DNA of 64,000 nucleotides from Octopus sinensis (taxonomy: Eukaryota). Both the position numbers and the translations under genes were made by a program. A model generated the notes under the pieces. That model did no database searches. It saw nothing but the letters and a program-made list of their open reading frames with translations, and was not told where the DNA came from. Each line of letters starts with the position of its first letter. Positions within the stretch are counted from its first letter, which is position 1. The stretch covers positions 35,960,001 through 36,024,000 of the forward strand of contig NC_043013.1 of NCBI RefSeq assembly GCF_006345805.1, in the 5' to 3' direction. Of the stretch, positions 50,320 to 64,000 are shown one piece after another.

Positions 50320-50924
50320 AATGAGGTACTTGACTTCACTACACTTCATGTTCCAGGGTTAACAAACTTTCTACAGCAATTAACAATGAAACATGATACT
50401 TGGCTTAGATACACTACATGTGAATTGACCTAAATGTTCTACATGTTACTTGACCGAAATATACTGCATGAACTTGACCTACATGCACAGCACGGTAGTT
50501 GATCCTAGATATATTTCCTAATATTTCTTATCAGTTTTACAGTGATTGTCCCTTCGACTAAGACCCTTTAAGGTGGTGCTCCAGCATGGCCCTAGTCAAA
50601 TGACTGAAATGTGTAAAAGAATATATATATATATGTGTGCGTGTGTGTGTGTATGTATGTATGTATGACCTTCGAAACGTGGAGTAGATGAAACAAAGGC
50701 GACTGAAGAAGGGGAATTTTCTTTGTTTTGTATGCCCTGTACTCTATTTTTTCGTTGTTTAAGAAAATTGTCCATTTCCTTGGTTTTGTGTTTATGTTTT
50801 CGTTTCTCATTGTGTTCGACGTTTTTTGGGTGTCCTGTACCCATATATGCATGTATATATACATATAGAGGTAGGTACATACATATATGTATGTATATAT
50901 GCATGTTTTATTTATTTATTAATT

Positions 50925-50969
<45 letters not shown>

Positions 50970-51303
50970 CCCGTATCTATGTATGTGTTTGTCCCCACAC
51001 CACCACTACTGCATGACAACCGGTGCTGGTTTGTTTATGGCCCCCGAAACTTAACGGTTCAGCCAAAGAGGTGGATAGAATAAGAAACAGGCTTTACAAA
51101 ATAAGTACTGGGTCAATTCGTTCAACTAAACCCTTCAAGGTGGTGCCCCAGCATGGCCGCAGTCTAATGCCTGAAACAAGGATAAAAGATACACACAGAC
51201 AGACAGACTGACAGATAGATGTATATCATTTTTTTTCACATTTTCACCCCTAATTCTGTATTCTTTCCGCTCCCATCTCTGCTTGCTGTCTATCTATCTA
51301 TCG

Positions 51304-51429
<126 letters not shown>

Positions 51430-51860
51430 CTTCTGTCTCTACACACATATGCATAAAACACACACACACACACATATATATATGTATATGTGTGTGTGTG
51501 TCTGTGTGTCTGTGTCTGTGTCACTATTTATATCTCAGTTTTCTTCCCTGCGTACCTCTCTACCCCCCACCACCTTCTTCTATCCACCAACGTACCTCTC
51601 CTGGCTGTCCTGTCCCTTCTTTCTTAGTAAGATCTACCCAAAATCCCACCACCACCGCCACCACCACCACCACCGCCACCACCACCATCCCACCTTATAG
51701 TCTGTATGAAGGAACCAATGAGAGACTAGATCAAACCTAACAGTACAATGCCTTTTGCTAACCTTAATAACAAGCAGGTGTTGGGCCACACACATAGTGA
51801 TGTCTGGGAGGGAATACGGCATCGGCAGCGGAGCCGTCGGAGGTGGTGGTGTTCCTGAGT

Positions 51861-51894
<34 letters not shown>

Positions 51895-52109
51895 CAACAG
51901 TCATAGTGGTGGTAGCGGTGGTGATGGTGATGGAGGTGGTCGTGATGGTTTTTGGTGGCGGCTTTGATAATTGTGGTGGTGGTGGTGGTGGTGGGATTGC
52001 AGTGAAGGTGGTGGTGCTGGTGATGCTGGTGCTGCTGGTGATGGTGGTGCTGCTGGTGGTCGTTGCGGTGTGATGTGGTGGTAGGGGAAATTGGTATGGC
52101 TCTTTTACT

Positions 52110-52481
52110 CTTTTACTTCTTTCAGTCATTTGACTGCGGCCATGCTGGAGCACCGTCTTCAGTCGAGCAAATCGACCCCAGGACTTTTTTTTTTGTAAGT
52201 CTAGTGAGCTTATTCTATCGGTCTCTTTTGCTCAACCGTTAAGTTACGGGGACGTAAACACACCAGCATCGGTTGTCAAGCGATGTTGAGGAGGGGGGAT
52301 AAACACAGACACACAAACATAGATATACACACACACACATACGTACATATATACATATATACGACGGGCTTCTTTCAGTTTCCACATAGTACAAGACACT
52401 TTCACAAGGTGCTACACAGTAGGACTGAACCCGGAAACATGTGGTTGGTAAGCAAGAAACTTACCACACAGCCACTCCTGC
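52110..52481 (-). mobile_element. SINE family A within a GGT/ACC trinucleotide field (about 51630-53280)
   Basis: Reverse complement of family A with an internal deletion. Confidence 0.8.
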
Positions 52482-53817
52482 ACGATGGTGATGGTACAGC
52501 TGGCAATAGTGGTGGTAGTAGTTGTATTGTTGATGATAATAGTGATGGTGGTAGTATCGTTTAGGGTGTAGTGGTATGATAGCGGTAGTGTTGAGGATGT
52601 GGTGATTTTGGCGGAGGCTATTAGGATAGTGGTAATGGTAGTGATAGTGGCGGTGGTGACAATGATGATGATGGTGGTGGTGCTGGTAATTGTGGTGATG
52701 GTGCTGGTGACGGTGGTGAGGTGATGATGGTGGTTGTGGCAGTGGCTGTGGTAGTAGTAATGGTGGTGGTAGTGATGGTCATGGTGGTGATGGTTTTGCT
52801 GGAAGTTTTGAAGATAATGGTCATGATGCTGGTAGTGACGCTGATAATGATAGTGGTGGCGGCGATGGCAGTGGTGGTGGTGGTGATGGTGGTGGTTGTG
52901 TGTGTGTGTGTGGGGGGGGGTGTATCCGTCAGTACCTACCACATCAAATGTTAACCACCCCGGCAAACCGTACAGCACCCTCACCACCACCACCACCATC
53001 ATCATCAACACCATCACCATCACCACCAACACTATTACCATCACTATCACTATCACCATTACCATCAACACCACCACAACCCTTATAGCCGCCCTACCAC
53101 CATAACCACCGCGACCGTCACCGCTAAGAAGCACACCGAGTCAACTCGTCACCACCCTACCACCACCACCACCATCACCATCAACACCACTACAACCGCT
53201 ACCCCCACAGCCACCACTACCAACAACACCACAACCTCTAGCTTCAACACCGTCGCCACCAACACCTCCGCCGCCGTTAAGGAAAAACCCAGTCAACTCG
53301 TTTGATAAGACATTCATGTAATCTTGATCATAATAGGGTTTTGTGGTGGTCGTCGTCTCGTTCGTGTATTTCTTGCCGTTTTTTATTCTTGCTCTTGTTG
53401 TTCTGGTATTTGTTTAGAATTGTAATGGTTCTGTTGGAATGTAATGCATTTGAAGCAGTGTTTGTGGTTCAAGTCGTACATTTTGCTGTTCGTTGTTTTT
53501 TTTTATTAAAGTTGTTGCTGTTGCTTTTTTTTTCAGTTCTAGATCAGCTCTTTACAAGCAGACCCAACGTTCAAAAGCATTCCAGCCGTGACCATACGGA
53601 TTAAAAAAACATTTTTTTGCTTGGTTTCTTTTTTCTTTTTTTTTGCTTGTTTTTATTTTCACCAGGCAATGTTGAATTGATGGAGGGATTGCACTGATGT
53701 ACAATACATACACTTGATCACTATAAACGAATCATTTGGGCAGCTTGTTCAGCAAAAGCTGAACACTAGTAACGTTGTTTTCGACGGGAGATTCCATCAC
53801 ACACACACACACGTACG

Positions 53818-53850
<33 letters not shown>

Positions 53851-53869
53851 CACATATATATATAGTTCA

Positions 53870-54030
53870 AATTTGCAGAAAATATAATACGAAGACAGGT
53901 GAAGGAACAACAAGCAGGTGTATTAGTTTAACGCTCGGGAAGAATGTAAAAGTTTTTGACGTTTCGAGCCTACGCTCTTCAACAGAAAGGATTGAGAGGG
54001 AAAAAATGTAGAGAGAACAAAAAAAAGACG
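53870..54030 (-). mobile_element. pLTR-like repeat with variant hammerhead (53954-53989)
   Basis: Minus strand reads CTTT-CTGTTGA-A-GAGC-GTAG-GCTC-GAA-ACGT-C-AAAA (GUC triplet). Confidence 0.7.
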
Positions 54031-54598
54031 GAGAGAAGAAATATGTAGGGATTGACGGGTCAACATGATGAGATATGCCACAGGACCTCCCAACAATAGG
54101 TATCAATATCTAAGCCATGTTTAAGCCATAAGTTACCTATGAAGAAAACTAAACAATACCAAAGTGACCCACAAGCTATGAATCCACGATAAACATTTCA
54201 CTTTACAAGAATGAACGACTATCCAGAATAACGAAAATAAAATATAAAAAATTCACAATTGAATATAACATATGAGCATTTCCATCATCAGCTGCCCAAA
54301 CGGATATCTTAATGGTTTCGACACCTGGACAGTACTTTTCAATCGGGCGGTGTCCACAGCAGAAAAAAAGGTATAAATGCTGCTCAGAAATCCACCACTT
54401 TATTACTACAAGTAACAACAGAGTAAACAAATAATGATAACTTACAACTACATCTATCTATCTATCTATATATATATATATATATATATATGTACGTATA
54501 TATATCAGTCGCTCTGTCTATGTATCTATCTATCTGTTTATATCTGTCTGTCTGTCTGTCCATCTATCTATCTATCCCTCTGTCTGTCTATCTGCCTG

Positions 54599-54653
<55 letters not shown>

Positions 54654-54990
54654 GTCTATCTATCTATCTATCTATCTATCTATACACACACACACACACA
54701 CACACGCACACACTCACGACAGATGTCTACAGTTTCCGTCTAGCAACTTCACTTACAAGGCATCTGTCAGCCATGTTCTCTAATGGAAGGTATTTGCGGA
54801 GATGCCACGCCATGAGACTAAAGCAAGCAACTCGTTGTTGCAAAGCGGAAGGTTTTGCTTAATTACTGCAACGGCCTCAGCATTCTCAGTGTCGTGGATT
54901 AAGAAATACAGTAAAACAATTGTTTCTGTTTTGGTTTTTACAGTTCTTAAATTACTATGATCAGTGACCTCTGCTCTTTTGATTGTATCA

Positions 54991-55636
54991 AGCTGGCAGA
55001 AACGTTAGCACGCCGGGCGAAATGCTTAGCGGTATTTCGTCTGCCGTTACGTTCTGAGTTCAAATTCCGCCGAGGTCGACTTTAAGTACCAATTAAGTAC
55101 CAATTACGCACTGGGTCGATGTTATCAACTTAATCCGTTTGTCTGTCCTTGGTTGTCCCCTCTGTGTTTAGCCCCTTGTCGGTAGTAACGAAATAGGTAT
55201 TTCGTCTGCCGCTACGTTCTGAGTTCAAATTCCGCCGAGGTCGACTTTGCCTTTCATCCTCTCGGGGTCGATAAATTAAGTACCAGTTACGTACTGGGGT
55301 CGATATAATCGACTTAATCCGTTTGTCCATCCTTGTTTGTCCTCTCTGTGTTTAGCCCCTTGTGGGTAGTAAAGAAATAGGTATTTCGTCTGCCGCTACG
55401 CTCTGAGTTCAAATTCCGCCGAGGTCGACTTTGCCTTTCATCCTTTCGAGGTCGATAAATTAAGTACCAGTTTCATACTGGGGTCGAGCTAATCGACTGG
55501 CCCCTCCCCCAAAATTTCGGACCTTATGCCTTGAGTAGAAAAGAATTGTCAGTTATAGTTTAGAAGGCAGCGAGTTGGTAGAAACGTTAGTAGGCTGGGC
55601 GAAATGCTTAGCGTATTTCGTCTGTCTTTACGTTCT
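54991..55636 (+). mobile_element. Tandem / internally duplicated array of family C SINE segments
   Basis: GTATTTCGTCTGCCG..GAGTTCAAATTCCGCCGAGGTCGAC repeated three to four times, CpGs well preserved. Confidence 0.85.
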
Positions 55637-55984
55637 GAGTTCAAATATAAGAAGCCCAGTATACCCATCATGACTACCCGTCTGATAAGGGTACGCTAGC
55701 GACATGCATCACAACTATATGTGCGCGACATGGTGATCTCTTATCAAGATGAACAGCGCACGATCTTGCAGGTGGGCCCAGTTAGAATTTTCTTCTGGTC
55801 GAGTGCTCTTGTTATAATTATTACTATTATGTGTAATATAGAAAAAAATTGGCTGACCTTGTGGCAAAATGTGCAATATAGACACAAGACGTCATCATAT
55901 TTTTATTTATTTATTAATTAATTCATTTATTTAGTTATTTTGCGAGACGAAGAATAGGTTAGTCAAGTTATGTTGACCTCGTGA

Positions 55985-56478
55985 AGGCGCGTGGCTTAGT
56001 GGTTAGGGTGTTTAGCTCACGATCGTAATGTCGTGAGTTCAATTCCCGGCGACGCGTTGTGTCCTTGAGCGAGGCATTTTATTTCACGTTGCTCCAGTCT
56101 ACTCAGCTGGCAAAAATGAGTAGTACCCGCATTTCAAAGGAGCAATCTAGTCGCATTCTGTGTCATACTGAATATCCCTGAGAACTACGTTAAGGGTACA
56201 CGTGTCTGTGGAGTGCTCAGCCACGTACACGTTAATTTCATGAGCAGGCTGTTCCGTTGAATTGGATCGACTGGAACCCAAACGTGAGTGGTACCTGTAT
56301 TTCAAAGGACCCGTCTAGTCGCACTCTGTGTCACGCTGAATCTCCCTTAGACACGTTAAGGGCACACGTCTCTGCGGAGTGAGTGCTCAACCACATGCAC
56401 GTTAATTTCACGAGCAGACTGTCTCGTTGATTGGATCAAATGGAAACCCTCGTTGTCATAATCGACGGAGCGCCAAGT
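55985..56478 (+). mobile_element. SINE family E with an internal duplication
   Basis: A-box TGGCTTAGTGG, B-box GAGTTCAATTCCC; body segment repeated at about 56120-56280 and 56290-56450. Confidence 0.8.
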
Positions 56479-57140
56479 CTGATATATTGACCTCAGTACC
56501 TGACTGATACATATTTTTTGTTATCTATTTTGTTATCGACCTTAACAAAGGACGAAAGACAAAAGTTTGACCTCGACGGGTACAACAAGTAGTTTTTAAA
56601 AAAAAACCATATCATTGTAACAAAAAGAATAGCATCAACAACGACCAACAAAAGCAGAAACAGTAACAACCAGCGTAACACCAGCATCACTATAAACAAT
56701 TACATCAATTACACACACACACACAAAAAATGCAACAAACAGCAATGGTGACAACAAACATGAAACAAGGTCTTCCCAATAAATGAATAAAACAGACGAC
56801 GCGGTTTTTAAAAAAAAAAAAATGCCGCTAAGCCCCGTCTTTGATCTTTGACAAAGTAAAATATAGAATCGATACATTCTTTGTAATGACGTCAACGTTG
56901 TTTCTTAAATCCTCCAACAAATATATTCAACAGGATAGGCATGCGGCATCAAATGACTTCTGCGCACCACCGAAGAATCTCTTCAGTTTCTCCGGTTATT
57001 TTGTTTATTTTATTTTATTTTATTTTATTTTTAAATTTTTGCTTTCTTCTTTTTGTGTTTTCGTTCGTCTACTAGAATCAATACTATGAGGGGAAAAAAA
57101 AGAAACAAGAATACGTACGTAGCTTACACACGCACTCGTT

Positions 57141-57378
57141 GAAGGCGCGTGGTTTAGTGGTTAAGGGTAGTCGGCTGACGACCCAACCGTAAGGTCGTGA
57201 GTTCAATTCCCGGCAACGTGCTGTGTCCTTGATCAATATATTTTATTTCACGTACACTCCAGTCCATTTACCTGGCGAAAATAAGTGGTACCTGTATTTC
57301 AAAGGACCAGCCTTGTCACAGTCTGTTTCACGTTGAATCTCCCTGAGAACTACGTGAAGGGTACTCGTGTCTGTGGTT
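57141..57378 (+). mobile_element. SINE family E, 3'-truncated just before the transposase fragment
   Basis: GGCGCGTGGTTTAGTGG..GAGTTCAATTCCCGGC. Confidence 0.8.
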
Positions 57379-57390
57379 CCTAAATGTAGG

Positions 57391-57652
57391 GCACAGTTAA
57401 GAAAGATACCAACTGCACTGCCTACAACACCAAGGCCGAACAGGCGGCCAAGAGGAAGGAGGTGCTCGGAGATCCTCACAGGGGCATTGTGGGGACTGCA
57501 TGCACCAGGTTCCGGAGCCATCTTGAGGCCGTTATGGAAGCTGAGGGCAGCTGCTTCGTGTAAACTCTTTGCTCCCAGCCATAATCTAGTTGATATCTTG
57601 CGGTTTCTTTTCATTTTATGCAAGCCATGCCATCAATTTTAGTGCGCGCACA

Positions 57653-57662
<10 letters not shown>
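57391..57662 (+). mobile_element. 3' end of a Tc1/mariner-superfamily (DD37D/maT-like) transposon, left arm of an inverted pair
   Basis: VKKDTNCTAYNTKAEQAAKRKEVLGDPHRGIVGTACTRFRSHLEAVMEAEGSCFV*, matching the recalled AC.RFRSRLEAV.EA.G C-terminus. Confidence 0.75.
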
Positions 57663-57701
<39 letters not shown>

Positions 57702-57824
57702 GATACTACAAAATTAGAGAATGGAGAAACATACTTAAATCAATAAAACATCAACTATCAGATGATACCATATATTATCCCATGGTGGGTTGAATTTTCA
57801 ACCCCTATCTCATTTTATAACCTA

Positions 57825-57887
<63 letters not shown>

Positions 57888-57894
57888 CGTATAA

Positions 57895-58167
57895 GTGTGT
57901 GTGTTGTGCGCGCACTAAAATTGATGGCATGGCTTGCATAAAATGAAAAGAAACCGCAAGATATCAACTAGATTATGGCTGGGAGCAAAGAGTTTACACG
58001 AAGCAGCTGCCCTCAGCTTTCATAACGGCCTCAAGATGGCTCCGGAACCTGGTGCATGCAGTCCCCACAATGCCCCTGTGAGGGTCTCCGAGCACCTCGT
58101 TTCATCTTGGCCGCCTGCTCGGTCTGGGTGTTGCAGGCAGTGCAGTTGGTATCTTTCTTAATTGTGC
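57895..58167 (-). mobile_element. Inverted copy of 57391-57662
   Basis: About 10 differences over about 272 bp by eye; 232-bp spacer. Confidence 0.9.
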
Positions 58168-58446
58168 GTGTGTATACTGGTATATATACAAATATATATA
58201 TATGTAGTGAATTATGAAAGCTTTATCATTAACAATCGAACATTGAAAATAACGATAACAAAACCAAAGAACCTGCACAGGGAATGTATTAGTTTAATGC
58301 TCACACGCAAATACACACACACACACACCACACACACACACGCACACGCACACACCACACACGTGTGCATGTGCACATACATGCAAGTACAAGCGTGTGC
58401 GCACGCACACTTACACACACACACACACACATGACACTATGCCTTT

Positions 58447-59150
<704 letters not shown>

Positions 59151-59852
59151 AGCATGTATATTTTATATGTGCATGTGTGCGTGGAACAAAAAGCTTAAAA
59201 GTTTGAAAGTATCTTCCCAGTGTTTAACAGTATCAGCTACCGCGGATAATAAGGTAGGGTAGGAACCCGTTACACTTCGGTGCACACATGTACAAACACA
59301 CACCCACACTTACACAACACGCACACATATATGCACTTGTAAATGTGCGTGTATATATGTATGCATGTATGTAAGTATTTATGTATGTATGTATGTATGT
59401 AGGTATGTAGGTAGGCAGATAGGTAGGCAGGTAGGTATGTGTATATATGTGTGCATATATATATATGTATATATAATGTGTATGTATATGTGTGTGTGCA
59501 TATATTTGTTTGTGTGAATATATATGCATACACACACACAACACAAACACACATATATGCACGTGTAAATGTGCGTGTGTGTGTATATATATGTGTGTAT
59601 GTATGTATGTAAGTATGTATGTATGTATGTATGTAGGGAGGGAGGTAGGTAGGTAGGCAGGTAGGTATGTGTATATATGTGTGCATATATATATATGTAT
59701 ATATAATCTGTATGTATATGTGTGTGTGCATATATTTGTTTGTGTGAATATATATGCATACACACACAGACATATACATATATATATATGCGCATGTCTT
59801 TATGTGTGTGCGTATATATATACATGTGTGAGTGTGTGTGTGTATATATGTA

Positions 59853-59883
<31 letters not shown>

Positions 59884-60125
59884 TAGCACACACAATTGTC
59901 ATATTGATTCAAGACTTCTAAGTTTTATGGCTTCATTATAAATCAGTTAACCACCACTACCACCGCCTCCACCTTCACCATGACCGCCATCATTAATGTT
60001 ATCACCACACTACCGCCTTCCTACCAGCTTACCCTCACCACAAGCCCCACCAACCACCATCGCTGCAACATGGTGCTATATCTATCTATCTACCTACCTA
60101 CCTACCTACCTACCTACCTACCTAC

Positions 60126-60186
<61 letters not shown>

Positions 60187-60259
60187 GCCTGTCTATCTGC
60201 CATTCTGTCAGTCTGTCTGTCAGTCCTGTCTCTCTCTCTCTCTCTCCCATATATATGTG

Positions 60260-60363
<104 letters not shown>

Positions 60364-61350
60364 AGATTGATAGAATGTACCCACCTCCTCTGTCTCTTCA
60401 CCACACACATAATAATTAGACAATTCTATAGACCTACGCATATACAGTATGTATACGTGTGAATGTGTGTGTATGTGTGTGTGTGTGTTTAAGTGCGTGT
60501 GCACGCACGCATATGTGTTATTTATTTCACCTTTCGCATCAGCCCTAACTTTCAACCTGACCCTTCAACTATTGAAATACTGTAGAAACAACAACAACAA
60601 CAGCAACGATAATGACGGTGTTGATAATCATAATAATGGCATTAATGATAATGATAATAATGAAGCAAAAAATAAACAACAAAAAACAAAAGCGTTTATA
60701 AAATGTAAAATATAAAATAGAAAGGAAAAATGATTAAAAATGTATAAAGTTATAGAGATAAAAAAGCAATTAAGGATTTCATTTTAATTAGAGAAAAAAT
60801 ATTAATAAAGAGAGAGAGAAAAAAAGGGACAATTATTCAATATTCTGGTAACTTAATGATCTTTTCTAATGAGGCACAGTTCAGCAGTTTTGTAAAGGAG
60901 AGAGGGTGAGAGTGGGGTGGGAAGAGAGAGAGCGGGGGATGGGGAAGAGAGAGAGAGAGAGATAGAAAGAGAAGGAGAGTGTGAGAGGGGCGAAGAGAGT
61001 GAGGTGTTGAGTGCTTCAGTTGATTAATAATGTTTCTTTCTCTTCAGGATGATGTTGATGGTGATGATGGTGATGATGATTATGATGATGATGATGATGA
61101 TGATGACGATGGTGATGGAGATGATGCTAAGGATGATAATGGTGATGATGCTAATGACGATGTCTTTAAAAGAATCTACAGGATTGTTTAAACGTTCAAT
61201 ACTGACATCACCTTCATACACACAAATGCATATAAACACAGAGATGTATGCATATGTATATGTGTGTTTATCTGCCTATTTTTTGTATATGTATAGTCAA
61301 ATTTCATATACATATACATATATATATACATATACACACACACACACACA

Positions 61351-61387
<37 letters not shown>

Positions 61388-61394
61388 GGAGAAT

Positions 61395-61575
61395 TCATGA
61401 ATAAAGCAAAAGACGAAGACAGGTGGTGTAGAAAACAAACAGTTGTATTAGTATAACGCTTAGGAATTGAAAAAAGTCTTTTACATTTCGAGCCTACGCT
61501 CTTCTACAGAAAGGAACACAGAAAGAACCAAGGGGAGAAATAAGGAGAGGAAAAAAATATGTGTAGTGGCTAACA
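61395..61575 (-). mobile_element. pLTR-like repeat with variant hammerhead (about 61478-61513)
   Basis: Minus strand reads CTTT-CTGTAGA-A-GAGC-GTAG-GCTC-GAAA-TGT-A-AAAG. Confidence 0.65.
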
Positions 61576-62023
61576 CACACACATATATGTTTTCATTATT
61601 ATTATTATTGTATTTAGATAAAAATAAAAATATTAAACACATGGGCACGCATGTGCACACACATACACACACACACAATAAACATGCTTTCATCTGCTTA
61701 GTCTGTTGGAGTATTTCAACTGATCAAAATGTAAACTCTGTAATGGCCATCTTACCCTGTAGATCTTCCACCCAGGATACTCATAATGCAAACTTATTAC
61801 GTTTTTTAATTCAAATTGCGTGTGAAGTGAAACAATTGTAGGCAATGTTAATTTGCATCCATTGACACCCACCCACCCACACACACACACACACACACAT
61901 ATGTATATACATATATAAATGAATAAATGAATATACATATATATATATACACATATACATATGCAAATATATATGTATATATATGTGCGTGTGTATACAC
62001 ACACACACACACACACATACATA

Positions 62024-62262
62024 TACAGGGTGGCCCAAAAGAAGGTTTACAGTTATCACATAGGCACTATATATTACTTTTAAAAACATTTTATTACATT
62101 GAAATTTCTATCTTACAAACTGAAAAGGGAGCTTGACAAAATGAACTAAATTAGCATAGAATAATGGTTTCATATTTTTTAATAATTAAGATCTAAACTG
62201 TTAATATATGAAAGCAAAAGAGATAGTTGAATAACTGGAAACCTACTTTGGGTCACCCTATA
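62024..62262. mobile_element. Tc1/mariner-type MITE (about 240 bp)
   Basis: TA-CAGGGTGGCCCAAAAGAAGGTTT / AAACCTACTTTGGGTCACCCTA-TA. Confidence 0.8.
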
Positions 62263-62806
62263 TTTATACATATATATATATAAAGAAAAGACATGCTTAT
62301 ACCTGTCTCCTCTCATAGCTCATCCTCCTAGCGTTCATAATAATTTTTCTATCGTCTTGGCTTAACAGCCCTCACCATTTGTTTTTACTGCTTTTGTTCT
62401 CACTGTCCAGTTCTTGTTACCACTTTCATCCTCCATAAAAATTCCCAAATTTTATTTAATTTGCTTTGCGGGAAGGATTGTTTCAATGAAGCCACATATT
62501 GTCTTTACCTTTGAAAACGTGGAGTAGATGAAACAGGGACAACTGATGAAGGGGTGTATTCTTTATGTCGCATATCTCCTTTCTCTGTTTGTTTTTTTTT
62601 TCGTTGTTGGAACAAAATTTCGTTTTCTATGTTTTTGTTTTTATATTTTCGTTTCTCATTGTGTTCAACGTTTTATTGATATCCTGTACTCATATATGCA
62701 TGTATATATACATATATATATATATATAGGTATCTACATATATGTATGTATGTATGCATATATTTATATATTATTTATATGTGTATATACATATATATAT
62801 ATATTG

Positions 62807-62837
<31 letters not shown>

Positions 62838-63207
62838 TGTGCGTGCTTGTGTGTGTGTGTGTGTGTGATGTGCTCTTCTGTCGAATGATCTGCACAAATG
62901 ATTTGTTTTTAGTGATCAAATGTATGCAATGTACATTATTAGCTCATGCCACCATCAAATGACGTTACCTGAACAGGTGCACGGTGTCCCATTCATCAGG
63001 TGTCAAAGTGATCACAGAGCAACATGAGGTAAGTATTTTGCTCAAGAACACAATGCACCACACAGTCCAGGAATTGAAACCAAGATCCTGCATACAACAC
63101 CCTAACCACTAGGCCATATGCTCTCACCTCTCTCTATATATCTAAACTGTTAATATATGAATGCACACACACACACACACACATATATATATAAAATAAA
63201 CTTACTT

Positions 63208-63530
63208 GGAAATGGTTCTGTCCCACTGCATGGCACCTTGGGTAGATGACCAAAACTTAGTGAGTGGCTTTGGTAAACGGAAACTGAAAGAAGCACATCG
63301 CATATGCGTGTGCGTGTGTGTGTGGGAGGTCTTTGAGCTTATGTCCCCACACTATCGCTTGACAACTGATGTTGGTGTGCTTATCTCCCCGTAACTAGGC
63401 AGTTAAGCAAAAGGGATTGCTAGAATAAGTACTAGGCTTCCGAAGAGCAAGTCCCGGGGTTGATTTCTTTGACTAAAAGAAAAAACCCTAAGGCACTGCT
63501 GCAGCTTGGTCACAGTCAAAAGAATAAAAG
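63208..63530 (+). mobile_element. SINE family A, diverged
   Basis: Partial head, body and tail. Confidence 0.7.
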
Positions 63531-64000
63531 AAGATACATACATACATACATACATATATATATATAAACATATATATATATATGTACACACGCGTATGTG
63601 TGTATGTGTGTGTGGGGGTATTTACATCTGTTTTTCTAAATTGTTCTTTTAGACATTTTGCCTATATTCCTCCGCCTCCTCCTCCCCCCTCCTCCTGACT
63701 CTTGGCTGTTATTATATCGATTGCCTGCCCCCAATACCACCATCACATGCAGAAACTTCATAAGAGAAAAGTAACCGTGTTACTCAATACAATTTATTAC
63801 ATAACATTAACAACCTTATATTAATTAATTTAACATTAACATTCTTCAAATCAATATTAAGAAAAATAATTCAAGCAAAAAAAAAACAAAAAAAAACAGA
63901 GTAATAATGAAACAAAAACAAAAATTTATCAAATTAAAAACAATTTCGCCACTGGAATCTCCAAAAGGAGAAGCAAAAAATCAATACTTAAAGCACAGTG

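Larger units (their letters stand above)
49243..50548. repeat. Near-perfect inverted repeat, arms 49243-49350 and 50445-50548
   Basis: Arms differ by one substitution and one 4-bp indel (by eye). Confidence 0.92.

Noticed and set aside
50660-50720. CGAAACGT..CTGAAGAAG (also at about 62515) as a type II hammerhead
   Set aside because: G sits at the cleavage position and no stem I or stem III can be formed; it is probably a pLTR-related repeat only.
56870-56990. Minus-strand frame with TGA after ACLSC as a possible selenocysteine codon
   Set aside because: It matches no known selenoprotein motif and has no supporting splice sites or SECIS.
51800-57500. Higher CpG retention as a promoter or unmethylated-domain signal (TGACGTCA near 56886)
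   Set aside because: CpG-intact SINE copies also occur at 13-14 kb and 24 kb, so element age explains it equally well.
59380-59800. Duplication of about 230 bp within a microsatellite field (similar CA-rich higher-order repeats at 9650-10345)
   Set aside because: Ordinary slippage or unequal exchange in simple sequence.

Overview
AT-rich, repeat-saturated animal genomic DNA. The SINE families, (AT)n/(AC)n/(ATAC)n/(GAT)n microsatellites and mariner/RTE relics look like an Octopus (coleoid cephalopod) genome; this is inference from repeat content, not a search result. Nearly all ORFs in the supplied track are microsatellite or SINE artefacts. Real coding sequence is limited to transposon relics (a 5'-truncated CR1-type LINE with an intact RT 3' half at 39.55-40.63 kb, two RTE 3' fragments, two mariner relics, two DD37D/maT transposase ends) and a few candidate exons of an unidentified minus-strand gene (20240-20419, 2457-2583, possibly 3645-3794). 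The most notable signal is a set of type I hammerhead ribozyme (HHR) motifs from about six unrelated repeat families. They include a decayed retrozyme-like tandem with a 332-nt cleavage-to-cleavage monomer (35.4-36.2 kb), a tRNA-headed SINE with an HHR tail (47.8-49.0 kb) and an HHR inside a perfect 63-bp palindrome (1.17-1.30 kb). In four elements an inversion junction falls at or next to the ribozyme. The window also has several long inverted repeats, notably a 272-bp pair at 57.4-58.2 kb. All structures were folded and aligned by eye, and repeat boundaries are approximate.
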